A stretch of DNA of 44,048 bases from Chiloscyllium plagiosum (Eukaryota), in NCBI RefSeq assembly GCF_004010195.1, contig NC_057713.1, forward strand, positions 102,602,124 through 102,646,171, written 5' to 3'. The translations under genes and the position numbers were made by a program. Below the pieces are notes generated by a model. The model worked only from the letters and a program-made list of their open reading frames with translations. It had not been told where the DNA came from and did no database searches. This document shows positions 24,834 to 37,100 of the stretch, piece after piece. How positions within the stretch are numbered: position 1 is the stretch's first letter; each line of letters opens with the position of its first letter.

Positions 24834-27800
24834 TGCTTCCAATTAAACCTATTGGACTATAACCTGGTGTTGTGTGATTTTTAATTATGAATAAGAAACG
24901 TTTGGAGGAACATGGGCTAAGTGCAGGCAGACGCGATCAGTTTAGCTGAGATTATGGTCGTTATGGACTGGTTGGACCGAAGGGTCTGTTTCCGTGCTGT
25001 ATGACTCTATAACTCATTTTGATTTGCATTTTAGAACAAAGAACAAAGAACAAAGAAAGTTACAGCAGAGGAACCTCCCCTTCGGCCCACCAAGCCTGCA
25101 CCGATTCATTTTCCACAGATTGCTCACACAATCTCATCGCGGATGAGGTTGGGTGTGGGCTGTGGTTCATGAATGGTTGGTTGATGTTAATCTTATGGTC
25201 ACTGCATCATTCTTCTCTAGGAATCATCGTCAAACGGGCTATCCAATTGAACATGAGATGAGAATAACCAGGAGCAGGTGTAGGCAATTCGGACCCTGGA
25301 GCATACTCGGTCATTTAACACTACCATGACTAATCTCATCTCGTCCTCAACTCCACTTTCCTGTCCGACCCCCAAAATCCTTTAACCTATTACTAAACCA
25401 AAATCTATCTGTTTCCAACTTAGAAATTGACTTACTATCCTGGCGTCCACACACTACGGAGTAGTTAATCCTACAGTCTTTGAGAAAAGCAATTCCTCCT
25501 GAAGTAAGAGGGTCAAAACTGTGTGGACGTAGTCTCACCAATGGCTTTGTACAATTGCAACAACAATCGTTGTTCTACTGCATTCCTTTAGCAGTAAATG
25601 CCAAAATGCTACTTGCTTCCTTATTGGAACATAGCACATACACATGCACCCGGGCTCTCAGATCCCATTCCACTGAAGAATATTGATGTTTTTCTCAATT
25701 TAGGAAATAAGTCGCCTTTTTATTCTTCTGACCAACATGAATAACCTCACATTTACCCACGTTTAGCCCCATGTGCCGAATTTCGGTTGATTTCCTTAAG
25801 ATACCCGCATCCATTTATAAATTTTTTATTTCTTCATTGCAACTTACTTTCCCACTTATTCTGGTATCACCTACAAATGTGATCATAGTCCATTCTATCG
25901 ATGCATCGAGGTCTTTGACACAGATTGTAAAAGGTTTGACCGAAGGTCGATCCTGTGGCACCACACTCGTTAGATCTTGCCAACCAGAAAAAGGCGTACT
26001 TATTTGGACTCTGCTTTCTAGTGGGTTACCCATTATCCAACCTCGTGTATTTCCTCAAACCCCACGAGATCTTACCTTATATGATAAGGTTTTGTGTAGC
26101 ACCTCATCAAATGCCTTCTAGAAGTCTACATGTGTTAAAGCTACAGAACCCCCATTATGCATTTGTTTATGACATCTTCAAGAACTCTAGCAAATGAATG
26201 AAACATGATTTACGCTTCCGTAAACCATCCTGACTCTGAAGAATTGCATTTTGACTTTACAAATGTCGTGTTACTACATCCTTAATAATGAATTCTAACA
26301 ATGCCCCAACGTCAGACATTAAACAGACTGGTCTATGAAGGGAGTGTATTAGCATTTTTCTAATTGACTGGAACCTCTCCAGAATACAATCAATTTTGGA
26401 ATGTCGTCTATTGGAGCAATTACAGGATTTCGATCAGGTAAACAACAAAAGCATACTCCAATCTCAAAGAAAATTGAGAATGATAACTTTTCCCCATGTG
26501 GCCTCAATGATTCTTCTGATGCAACCCAGCGTAAAGCAGCTGCGTGACTGTGCACAGTATTTGAAATTGTACACAATGTTCGAACATTTCCTTTATTCCC
26601 TATTAGGGCTTTGTTAGGTCCATTGGCTCGACAGCTGGTTCACAATGCAGAGTGACGCCCCCAGCTTGGATTCAGTTCCTGCTCTTGCTGATGTTACCAT
26701 GAAGGGCTCTACTTCTCAACTTTTCACCTAAACTTGAGGCGCGGTGACCCTCAGGTTAAACCGCCATCAGTCGACTTTCTCTCTCAGCAAGACAGAATCC
26801 CTATAGTCCTCTAGGACTTTGGCAGCTTCACATATATAGTGAATTCGAACAAAAATGAACATTTAGAGTATAGACACTGGCGGTTGGTTAAACCACCATC
26901 AGTCGACTCTGTCTCTCAATAAGAGATAAGCCCTATAGCCCTCTAGGACTACGGAGACTTCACTTATACAGTGAATTCGAACAAAAATGAACATTTAGAG
27001 TATAGACACTAGCGGTTGGGAATCAGCTGTTTGGAACAGGTGGTTTCCGAGTTAGAATGACGCCGGTTGTTAATCAAGAAAGACACCCAACAACACAGTA
27101 CATTGAGTTTCTGGCACATTTTCTATTTAACTTTGGACTGTAGGGTGAAACGTTGTTGAACATTTCCTCAGCACAGGATTGAATGAAGAGAGTGCAGGAT
27201 GTGTACGTTTCTTTAAGAGGGATTACACTCCTGCGTCAGATGACGGATACATTTCACATATGTGAGCGGATTCAACTGACTTTGGAGCACATGAATTATC
27301 CAGCGCTTCAAATGTGGATCTGGATGGAATTGGTTCGAAACTGTTGGTATTTGCGTTACATCTTGCAAGACATAGTTTCTTTTTCTCTTCTGAAGGCACC
27401 AAGGGGTGTGGGGTGAGTGGGGGAATATGGCACTGAGTATTCGATCATGCATGACCATATTGCAAGCCGAACAGGTTCGAAAAGCTGAATGGACTACTGT
27501 GCTCTCAGTTTCTATTTTATATTTCACGAGCAGGACACTTCTTAAAAACATTCATATTATTAAAGCTGTTGTAAATCACAGACATGATGCGGCCAAGTTG
27601 CACACAAGATCCCTCAACGGGCAGTAAGGTAAATGTGAAATATCTAGGTTAGTGACGGCAGTTGAAGATAAATATTTGTCAGGACACCAAAGGAAATCCG
27701 TTATTTTAATCATGGTCGACTCATCTGCATTCATTTCAAACGGCCATAGGAAGTACAAAAAAGAGGAGATCGCAAGAGTTAAAATAAGAAACAGGACCAG

Positions 27801-30800
27801 GAGTAAAGCATGATTGCTGCAGCCTGCTCCAACATCTAATGCAATTTTGATCAATGAACTGCCTCAACTCCCCTCATCTCTGTCTCTCTGAAAAAACAAA
27901 GTTCTTGTCATCTGGGCTTTGAATATACTCACTTATAGACCCAACCTCAACAGTTTGTGATAGCAATTTCCACAGATTCACAACCTGCAAGGAAGATATT
28001 TCTCCTCATCGTAGTCTTGAACAATAAATTCCTTACTCTTAAGTTGTGCCCCCTGCTACCCTTGTTCCAGATCTTCCAATCGGAGAAACAAGGCTTGCGA
28101 CTACCCCGCAAAGACCTTTCAGAATATTTTGTTTCAGTTCGAACACCTTTCATTGTTCTGAACTCTTGAGCAAATAGAGGCTGCGTAATCAACCTTTCAC
28201 TTTCGGACACCCTTCACTTTCCCGAAACCAAGCTACTGAACATTTGCTATGATGATATATACTTCCTCACACTAAAACTGCACGTAGTCTTAGCAAAGGC
28301 ACGTACACTTGTAGCAAGGCGTCCTTAGTCGTGCACCTGATGCCATTGAATGGCAGGCAAACATATGACTTCCTTGCCTAATTGCTTCCTACATCTAATT
28401 GGTTAGATGAACCACCTGATGAAGGAGCAGCGCTCCTAAAGCTAGTGCTTACAATTAAACCTGTTGGACTATAACCTAATGTTGTGTGATTTTTAACTTT
28501 TTACACACCAGTCCAACACCGGCATCTCTAAATTACATCCACGTGTTAATTTTCTGTCTTCGTTATACTGGCACAGCCAAACTTCCCTGCACTTCATTTT
28601 CAGAGAGTGAGTCTGAAAGAGAGAAAGTGAGAACAATATAATGGACAGACAATCAGAGAATAAAGGAAAAGAAGAGCAGGAGCAAAACAGAGAGAACATG
28701 AGATGTAAACAAGTAAAGATAGTGTAAAGCAGGAAGAGAGGACATGAGAAGAGAAAGGACGACCCTGATGAGATGGAGGACAGGAGAAAGAATGAGAAAG
28801 GGCATGAGATCACAAAAGAGACACTGAGAGACATTAAGATCAGGACCAAAAAGGGAAAGGAAAAGGAGAAAGGACAGAGGAAAGAAAAAGATAGGAGTCT
28901 GAGGATGGGAGAGACAGAGACAGAAAGAGTTACACATCTGGTGGAAACAATAGGCGGAACATTGATCACATGAATTAGTTTGAAAATCCAAACATGACGT
29001 TGAAGAAGGAGTTCAAATCACAAATGCAGCAGACACCATTGGGAATAAACTGGTTGCCTTTGACAAACAACAAAATGAGTGCAGGTCAGAGGAGGTAATG
29101 GACAAGCCACAACAACCTCTGGTCAGACCAGGTTGAGTGATATTGCCATTTCAGGTCACCCAAACAAGATACACTGGAGACAGTGACAGAGATGTCATAG
29201 ATTGCTTTCATTGTGAGTAGTTTGATCTATGCACTATTACAACATGGCGGTGAATCCTTCTGTTAATTAAACCTAACACCCAGAAAACTGCACCAATCCG
29301 GGTAATCTGTTAAAGTATGAGTGACAAAGAACTCCCAAATTCCACTCTTTAAATTTATTCTTTAACTCTAAAAGTGAACATTAAACAACAATTATTAACA
29401 ATTCTAAGCCCCCTTTCTCTTAACTGCTATTACCTGTCTCCAACTCTATAAAACTATACTGTTCCAATAAGCACTTATTAAAATTATATCAACTTAATTT
29501 CAAAACCATACAGCGGCTGTCATCTCCAGTGCCTTTCTTCTTTGGCTGAAGATCTCCCTGCATCATCTTCTTTCAGTTTTCTTTGAATTTTTCTCATATG
29601 AAAAGGTACCTTTGACAGAGAGTGTTTCAATGTTTTGGGTCTCTCTCCCTTTCAATGACAGTTACCCTCTCAATGGCAGTTACACTGTCTGGCTTTCAAG
29701 ATGTCTGCTTTTTAAGTACCCCCGACATCAGAACATCTCATTGGTTCAATGTTGGCAAAACAATAAATTCAAACTCGATTGGGTTTCACTATCCTGGGGC
29801 ATAATTTAAATTAATTGGTTAAATTCGAATTGCTGTCAAAACAGCAACCAACTCAGGCATCCATTTCACAGCCAAACGTTACATATTTTCAATTTTCCAG
29901 TACACTCTGAGACTGCTAGCTAGTCATCACAGTTACTTATCAGCTCTCAGTTCAGAACATTATTCACTCTCTTTTACACTACACATATACACTACATACC
30001 TTCAACTTCATAACAGCCAAAAAAAAAATCAGGTTCTGGCACAGTTTGGAGTGGGACATAGAAATATTCTTCTAACTGCACAAAATTGTTACTGGAATAA
30101 GAAAGGTAGATCTAAGGGTTCTTGTGGTGCAATGGTAGTTCCCCTATACCTATCCCAAGATACCCTGGTTCAAGTCCCACCTGCTCTAAAGGCATGTGAT
30201 AACATTTCTGAACAGGTTGATGAGAGCATACAAAACAAAAAGTAGATCTTTAATAAATAATAGAAATTACTGGAAAAGCTTAGCAGGTCCGGCAACATCT
30301 GTGAAGAGAAATCAGAGCTAAAGTTTTCAGTCTGGTGACCCTCAGAACTGCAGATCTGTAATCTTATTTTCAATTAAACTGAGAAAATCTAACAATGGAT
30401 TTCAAAGCCTTATATTATCAAATGACTACATATCAATGAAAATGCCAGCTAAACTAACAAACTGCATCCAATAAATATTGCAGTCACATCCAAGATAATT
30501 AGAACGGGAAAGTCTTTCACCTCTTAGAGTCTGTTCCGATGTACAGACAGTTCATGGTGATGTGTGATCTAAAACCATAAACCAACCATGGATCCTCATC
30601 CACAACCTAGAATGAATACCGCGGGTAAGGTGACATGACTAGTTATCTCGTGTTTGGACTAAAGCTCTGAAGAGAAATTCACACACCATGATAGTGGTTG
30701 AGGTTTTACATTTTTAAAATATTAGATGCAGTAATACAGTGAAACTACTGGATTTCCTTGAACAGCAATTGAGTTTACAAATAATTGTTAGTCAATGAAA

Positions 30801-33229
30801 CCTGCCATCCTGTGTGTGAAACACGCCAAATGGAGTCGATGGACTGCTGCAGAAAGGCAATTAAGAATAAAATATGAGAATCAGTCACCTTTGCCATTAG
30901 ATCTTGCAAGATACCTCTCACAGACCTAGGATCTTGCGCCCATAGACTGTTCAAAAATGAAGTGACTGAATCATTTCGTAAACCACTGTCCTAATCTCGA
31001 CCACCAACCATGTAATATGTTGCACCAAAAGTGAGAGGCAATCCCATGTATACAGGTGGAGGGACTGGCCAAGAGTTCTAAACTTAACTCTGAAATCCAT
31101 GAAATTTCAAATACACATTTTTAAACTCAACTAATTCAGAGTCGCTTTGACGCATCTCTGATGCTGATGGGACTTGAAGCTGGAACTCCAGGACCATAAG
31201 CAAGGGCACTACCACTGCACCACACTGTCCCAGGAAATTGCATCTCATGTAATCTGATCAAAGATGAGTGTGAAACTTCCAGTTGATAATGATATGCTGT
31301 CCTGATCTGATGAATCAGTGTTCCTTCACATAAAAAAAGCTGGGCACAGTCGTGTCAAAGTTAATGTGTTCCATAAAGCTCCAACAACAATACTGGCATC
31401 TACCTGAATGGTGTACAATTTCTTGAGCAAGTCCTCTGCATGAAACTTGTGACAAATCAAATTGGCTAATTGCTTCCCGTAACAGTCCTCTTTCAGTTAT
31501 TAACAAAGTGATGGAAGGTCTAAATGATAGAGTTATCAAGCAGCAATTTGTGTCTTTCTCTGAGGCAGGAGGCCTGGGATCAAGTCCTACCCAGTCCAGA
31601 GGTATGTCATAAGATGTTGAACAGTTTGATTAAAATTACTCATACAGCAACAGCATATTCACAGATTTCAGTTTTGATTCAATCAGGGCCATTAGTCTCC
31701 AGTTCTTATAACAATCTCAATCCAAACGTATTAAAACACAGCTCAGCATCAATTACCTTAAAAGCAAGGAAGCATTAACCAAATAAGGATCCTCAATAGA
31801 ATTAAGGTAAATGAGAATAGTGCATCAGGGACTCTTCAATAACTGGCATCATACATAATACAAAAGGCAAATACCTGATATTGTTGGAAGCCAATAATCC
31901 CAGCTCTGAGACATTACCATGGGAGGCCATCAGAGTGGTGATCTAGGCCCAAGCATCTTCAGTTACTTCATCAATTCTCTCCATTATGAAATCAGAAATA
32001 GGGATATTTGTTGATGACTGTGGTGTTTGTGATCATTCATGTCTCATCAGATATTGAATCTGTCAATATCTATATGTAGGAGAACCTGAACAATGTTCGG
32101 GGTTGAGTTGAGAATTTCACACAATGCAAAGCAGTGACCTTCTGCAACATAAGGGAATTTAAGCACCTCACTGTGACATTCAATTGCTGACCAGAATTAA
32201 GACCAACACTATCAACATCCTGGGGACTACCATGAATATGAAAACTAACCAGGCAACTATATAAACTCTGTGGTTAAAAGACCAGAACGGAGGCTGGGTA
32301 TATTGTGGAAAAATCTCAACTCATCACTCCTTCGAGCCTGCCCACCATACAGCTTACACATCCGCAGAATGGGAGAATTGTCTTCAATTGCCAGGATGGG
32401 AGTGGCTATGACAACAAGAAGGTGAACACCATCCAAGGAAAAAGTGCCCCAATTAATTGGAACTGTATTCATTACTTTCAAACATTAATGCACCACCGCT
32501 GCACAGTGCACCATCTGCAAGATGCTAGCAGCATTCACCATTGCTCATCTACCAAATCCAGAATCTCTAGAAGGGCAAATGTAGTAGGTGGATGGGGAAT
32601 ACCACCACCTAAAAGATCTCCTGCAAGCCCCAGACTGATCTGACTGGAATCATCTTAATGATTCTCACTGGCACTGAGTTAAAATGGTTATATTGTCACC
32701 CTAACAATGCTGAGAGAATGTACACTACATCATCTGCTGTGGTTTACAGTGCACATGGCACAAAATAAACATTGATCAGAAAATATATTTAGCCCCAGAT
32801 TTAAATTTCTCAATTGAATTAGCATATATTCTTCATAAAAATAAATGCTGCATTTTTTTGTTTGCAAGCACAACAATGCTACATTTTCATTTTTTATGAT
32901 TTTACTGATAAGGGAAACAAAACCACGGAAGCCTTCATGAAGGTAAAAGCCAAAAATTACAAATGTAATCTCATATTACATTCAATATGGCAAGTTTTCC
33001 TTATTTACCTTACATGTCTCTATCCCTCTGCAGACTCATTGTGCCTTTCCACATATATTTGTGTCTTTTTTTATTCATTCATGGGATGAAGGTGTCGCTG
33101 TCTAGGCCAGCATTTATTGTCCATCCCTAATTGCCCCCATAGCAGATAAGAGTCAACCATATTGCTGTGGATTTTCTTACTTCACCACTTCCCCTTTATT
33201 TAGTAGGCTTGTTACTTCCTCAAAGGATT

Positions 33230-34100
33230 CTAGTCAAATGGTCAGACATGACTTCTCCTTCATGATGCCGTGATGATTCTGCATGCTCATACTATGGACA
33301 TCTAAAGACTCTGCTATTACATCCATTAAAACAGACTCTAGCATTTCCCAAATCTCTGACATTAAGCTAACTGGCCTACAGTTACCTGCTTTGTTGTCTG
33401 TTACCTTTTTAAACCAAGGTGTTTTACAGTTTTCCAATCCTCTTCAACCTTACCAGAATCTAATGATTCTTGTAAGATTAGTATGTGTGTATGCACTCTC
33501 TGCAGCTACTTCCTTTTGTATCCACTAATGTATTCAGCTGGCTCCAGGCACCTATCAATCTTTAGACCTATTAGTTTCCCTAGGATGTTTTCTCTTGATA
33601 TAGTTATTGCATTTATTTCCTCCCCTCATGTTGTCCCTTGAATATTTAGTAAATTTTCAATGCTTTTGTGTCTTCTACAGTGAAGACTGGTGAAACAGTC
33701 ATGTCCTGGTTCTGGGATTATGACTTGCCCACCTTATTCTCTCAGGCCCTATTTTTATTTTGGCTTCTCCCTTCCTTTTCACATTTTGAAGAAGGTTTGC
33801 TGTCCATCTTGATGTTACTTGCAAAGTTCATCTTCTCCCTCTTTATTGTCTTTTAGTCATTTTCTGTTCATTTCTAAAATGTTCCCAATCCTCTAGCTTA
33901 CCATAAATGTTGCCATATTTTCTCTTTTGATCTGATACTATCCGAAATGTCCTTTTTTAGTCATGGTTGATATATCTATTTCCTCAAATCCTTTTCTCTT
34001 GCTGGAATATATAGTTGCTGTTAGCTGTGAAGTATTTTCTTAACATGTGCCGTCAAACATGTTCTCAATTGCATTGTTGTTCAACTCCTTTTTCCAGTCC
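33230..34100 (-). mobile_element. Antisense CR1-like ORF2 remnant (truncated paralog 18830-19184)
   Basis: Minus strand TPWFKK...GNCRPVSLMS...HGIMKEKSCLT; the right boundary is approximate. Confidence 0.65.
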
Positions 34101-37100
34101 ACTGCAAACAGCTATATGCCCTCAATCATTTCAAATTTAGCTCATTTAACTCTCATCTGATTTCCAACAACCACTAGAGTGTTTTCCACAATTTTTGAAA
34201 TTTTATTAGTCGTCCTCCATGCCACATGTCAAATACATGCTTGATGTCAACGGCAGCCACTGTCATCTCCACTCCTGTGTAAAGATTTTTTTGCTTGATT
34301 GTGGACGAAGGCTTTGATAAGGTCAAGAGCTGAATGGTTCTAGTAGAATCAATTTGAGAGTCAGCGATCAGATTATTTCTAAGCATGTGCTACTTGATAG
34401 CACTGTTAGTCACATTTTCCATCATTTTACTAATGACCATCAGCGGAAATCAATTGGGTGGTAATTGATTGAATTATGTTTGTCCTACCTTTTGGGCATA
34501 CTTGGGCAGTTTTACATATTTTTAGGGAAATACCATTACTGTAGCTGCACTGGAGCAGCTTCATGAGGGATGCAGCAAGTTCTGGAGCAGAGATCTTCAA
34601 TACTATTCACTGAATATTGTCAGGGGCAATAGGCTTTGCATATCAGTGCCTTCAGCCATTTCTTGTCGCTACAGGGTGTGAACTAAGTGGGATGAGGCAA
34701 AGCTGATTCTTACAAATGCCTGAGCTATTTCCTTTCCACTGATGTTCTAGTCTCCCACATCATATAAGTTGTAGACATTTTTAGAACCTCCATTTCTTGA
34801 GAATTGTTTAATTGTCCACAACCATTCATGACCAGATATGTCAGGATGTGCATACTTAGCTCTGATCCATTGATTATGGATCAACCGGTCTGCTGATCAC
34901 TCACTGCATCTGCTGTTTGTCAGGAAAAAAACCCTATGCTATAGCTTCTCAAGGTTGACACTTCATGTTTAGATAGTCTTGTGTTTTTTATTGGCATACC
35001 CTCCTACACACTTCACTAAACTATAGTTTTTCCCCTAATGTAGTAATGGGGTGTGGGGTGAATCTGTTAAACTATAAGGTTGCAGATTCTATTTCAGTAT
35101 CATTCTGCTATGACTAAGAAGGAAAGCTTCATTTATGCTGTCCTGTTTGATATATCTCAAACTGACAAGTTTTAATATCAACTGGGAATTGCCAATTGAC
35201 TCCTAGCAGCAAAATGGTTTTTGAGAGGTGTGTGGGGGTGAGATTTACAGATTCCCAATTTCCTTAGTGTGAAGAAGTGATTCCTGACATCATCAAATTA
35301 AAGCGCTCTGGCGACAATCTTCCAAAAGCTCTCAGATATGTGAATAGTGCCAGTCAAGTACTACTTTTCAATTTCAATTCAAAAAAAGGGAGAAGGATAA
35401 ATATGTAGTCACAGGTCAGTCAATTCAACAGCAGTGGTAAAGGTTTTTAAAGCCATTAACCTGAGAATAGATGAATTTAATTGCTAAAATCTATAGACAT
35501 ATAATAAATGACACTGTGGATGTGGTAAAGAGAGATTGCGTGACACAAATGTTTGAAATATAGATAGGAAATTAAATTATGAAGAGTGTTTAAGCAGGCT
35601 ATAAAAGGAGTAAAGTATAAATTACGAGAGTGGGCAAAGATCTGGGAAATGGAACATAATATGGCTAAATATGAAACTGTTCATTTTTGCAGGTGACAAA
35701 ATAGATTTATTTATCTATTTTAACACTGCATGGTGTACATTTGGATTCTTGAAAATCTAATTTTAAAAATGTGGGTTTGTTAGTGTGGTTGAACTTGCAA
35801 TAAACTTTTAAAAACTAAATGGCCATGATTTCAAGTGAGAGGAAGGTAACTACACGGAGGGCTTAGTGGAAGAATGTTTGAGACACTGACTTTTATTTTT
35901 AGCTACTGCTGGGAACTCATTTGAGGGAGAAACATTTCTCAAGATCTGAAATGCACGGAAGTCATTTGATGGAGTAAAATGTGCCAGGCAGTATTCCCTA
36001 GAAAGGAGTTTAAAGCTGTGATATCCTCTTAGAATAAAAGCTATTATTAATCCTAGACCAGCAAATTGGTATACATTTAATCAAAAATAAGTGAATTTAA
36101 GTATTTGAGGTCCTTATAAAGAAAGGTATTGAAGGGATAGTATAGCATTGAAAGAAGCTAAATCTGGAATGTAAAAATAACTATTAAGAAAATGGTATGT
36201 ACAATTCCAAAGTATTTTTTGAAAATGAAGAGAGTTCATCAGCTGGAAATGAGCTGGACTTGGTCTTGCTAGGAGTTCAGCAACTAAATTTTTTCTGAAT
36301 TTACAACATGTTTGTGAGTTGCTCCAGAGTGTACCTTGTGATGCAGAGCTGATTCTGTTCAATTTACAAATGTTGTTAATAAACATTTCTTTTGTTTTAT
36401 TCTTAAAGTAGACAAAAGTCTGGAATGGATGATACCTGAAAGAAAGTTAACTTTGTACTGGCTAGAGTTTAAAGGAGTAAAAGGCAACAATTTGAAATAT
36501 ACAAGATCCTGAGGGAACTTGACAGGGTGGATATAGAAAAGATATTCCGCCCCCACGCCCCCATTGTTGGAAGTCCAGAACTAGGAATCAACTATGGGTC
36601 ACTAACTTTCTTTCTCACATGAGATCATGAGTCTTAAGAATGCTTTTCCTCAAATATTGATGGAAACAGATTGTTTGCATGATTTGAAGGCAGAGGCAGA
36701 TAGATTATTCATTAGTGACAGGGTCGGGGCAGGGGGAGGGTTCTGTGGTGGAATGCAGTGAAAGGTTGTTGCAGACTGGAATGTGGAGTAATCAAATCAG
36801 CCATGATCTTATTGAATGGTGAAGTAGACTTGCTCATGAGATAACTCACCTCATGTCCACAACCACCTGATGAAGGAGCAGCACTCCAAAAGCTAGAGCT
36901 TCCATTTAAACCTATTGGACTATAACCTGGTGTTGTGTGATTTTTACCTTTGTATACCCCAGTCCAACACCGGCATTTCCAAATCACTGAATTATAGATT
37001 GGCTTGGTATAAGAAGAAACCATTCAATATGTGTTTGCTGGCAACTTAGAAGAAAAACACACAGTGCAACTGTCTCACATTTGCCGTTCTTCCCCTGCAG

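Larger units (their letters stand above)
23868..24886 (+). mobile_element. 5'-truncated Penelope-like element with inverted terminal repeat
   Basis: TSD ATGAATAAGAAA (23856-23867, 24887-24898); about 23906-24046 is the reverse complement of about 24747-24884; GIY-YIG C-terminus HFSGPGHSALDLRVTILQGG...EQRLIATFGT...GFMSHYR* at 24047-24205; absent from copies A and B. Confidence 0.85.
19185..33582 (+). repeat. Segmental duplication copy C (V-d and V-e; V-b slot missing)
   Basis: Colinear with A and B; homology to B ends at TATTAGTTTCCCTA (19184/33582). Confidence 0.85.
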
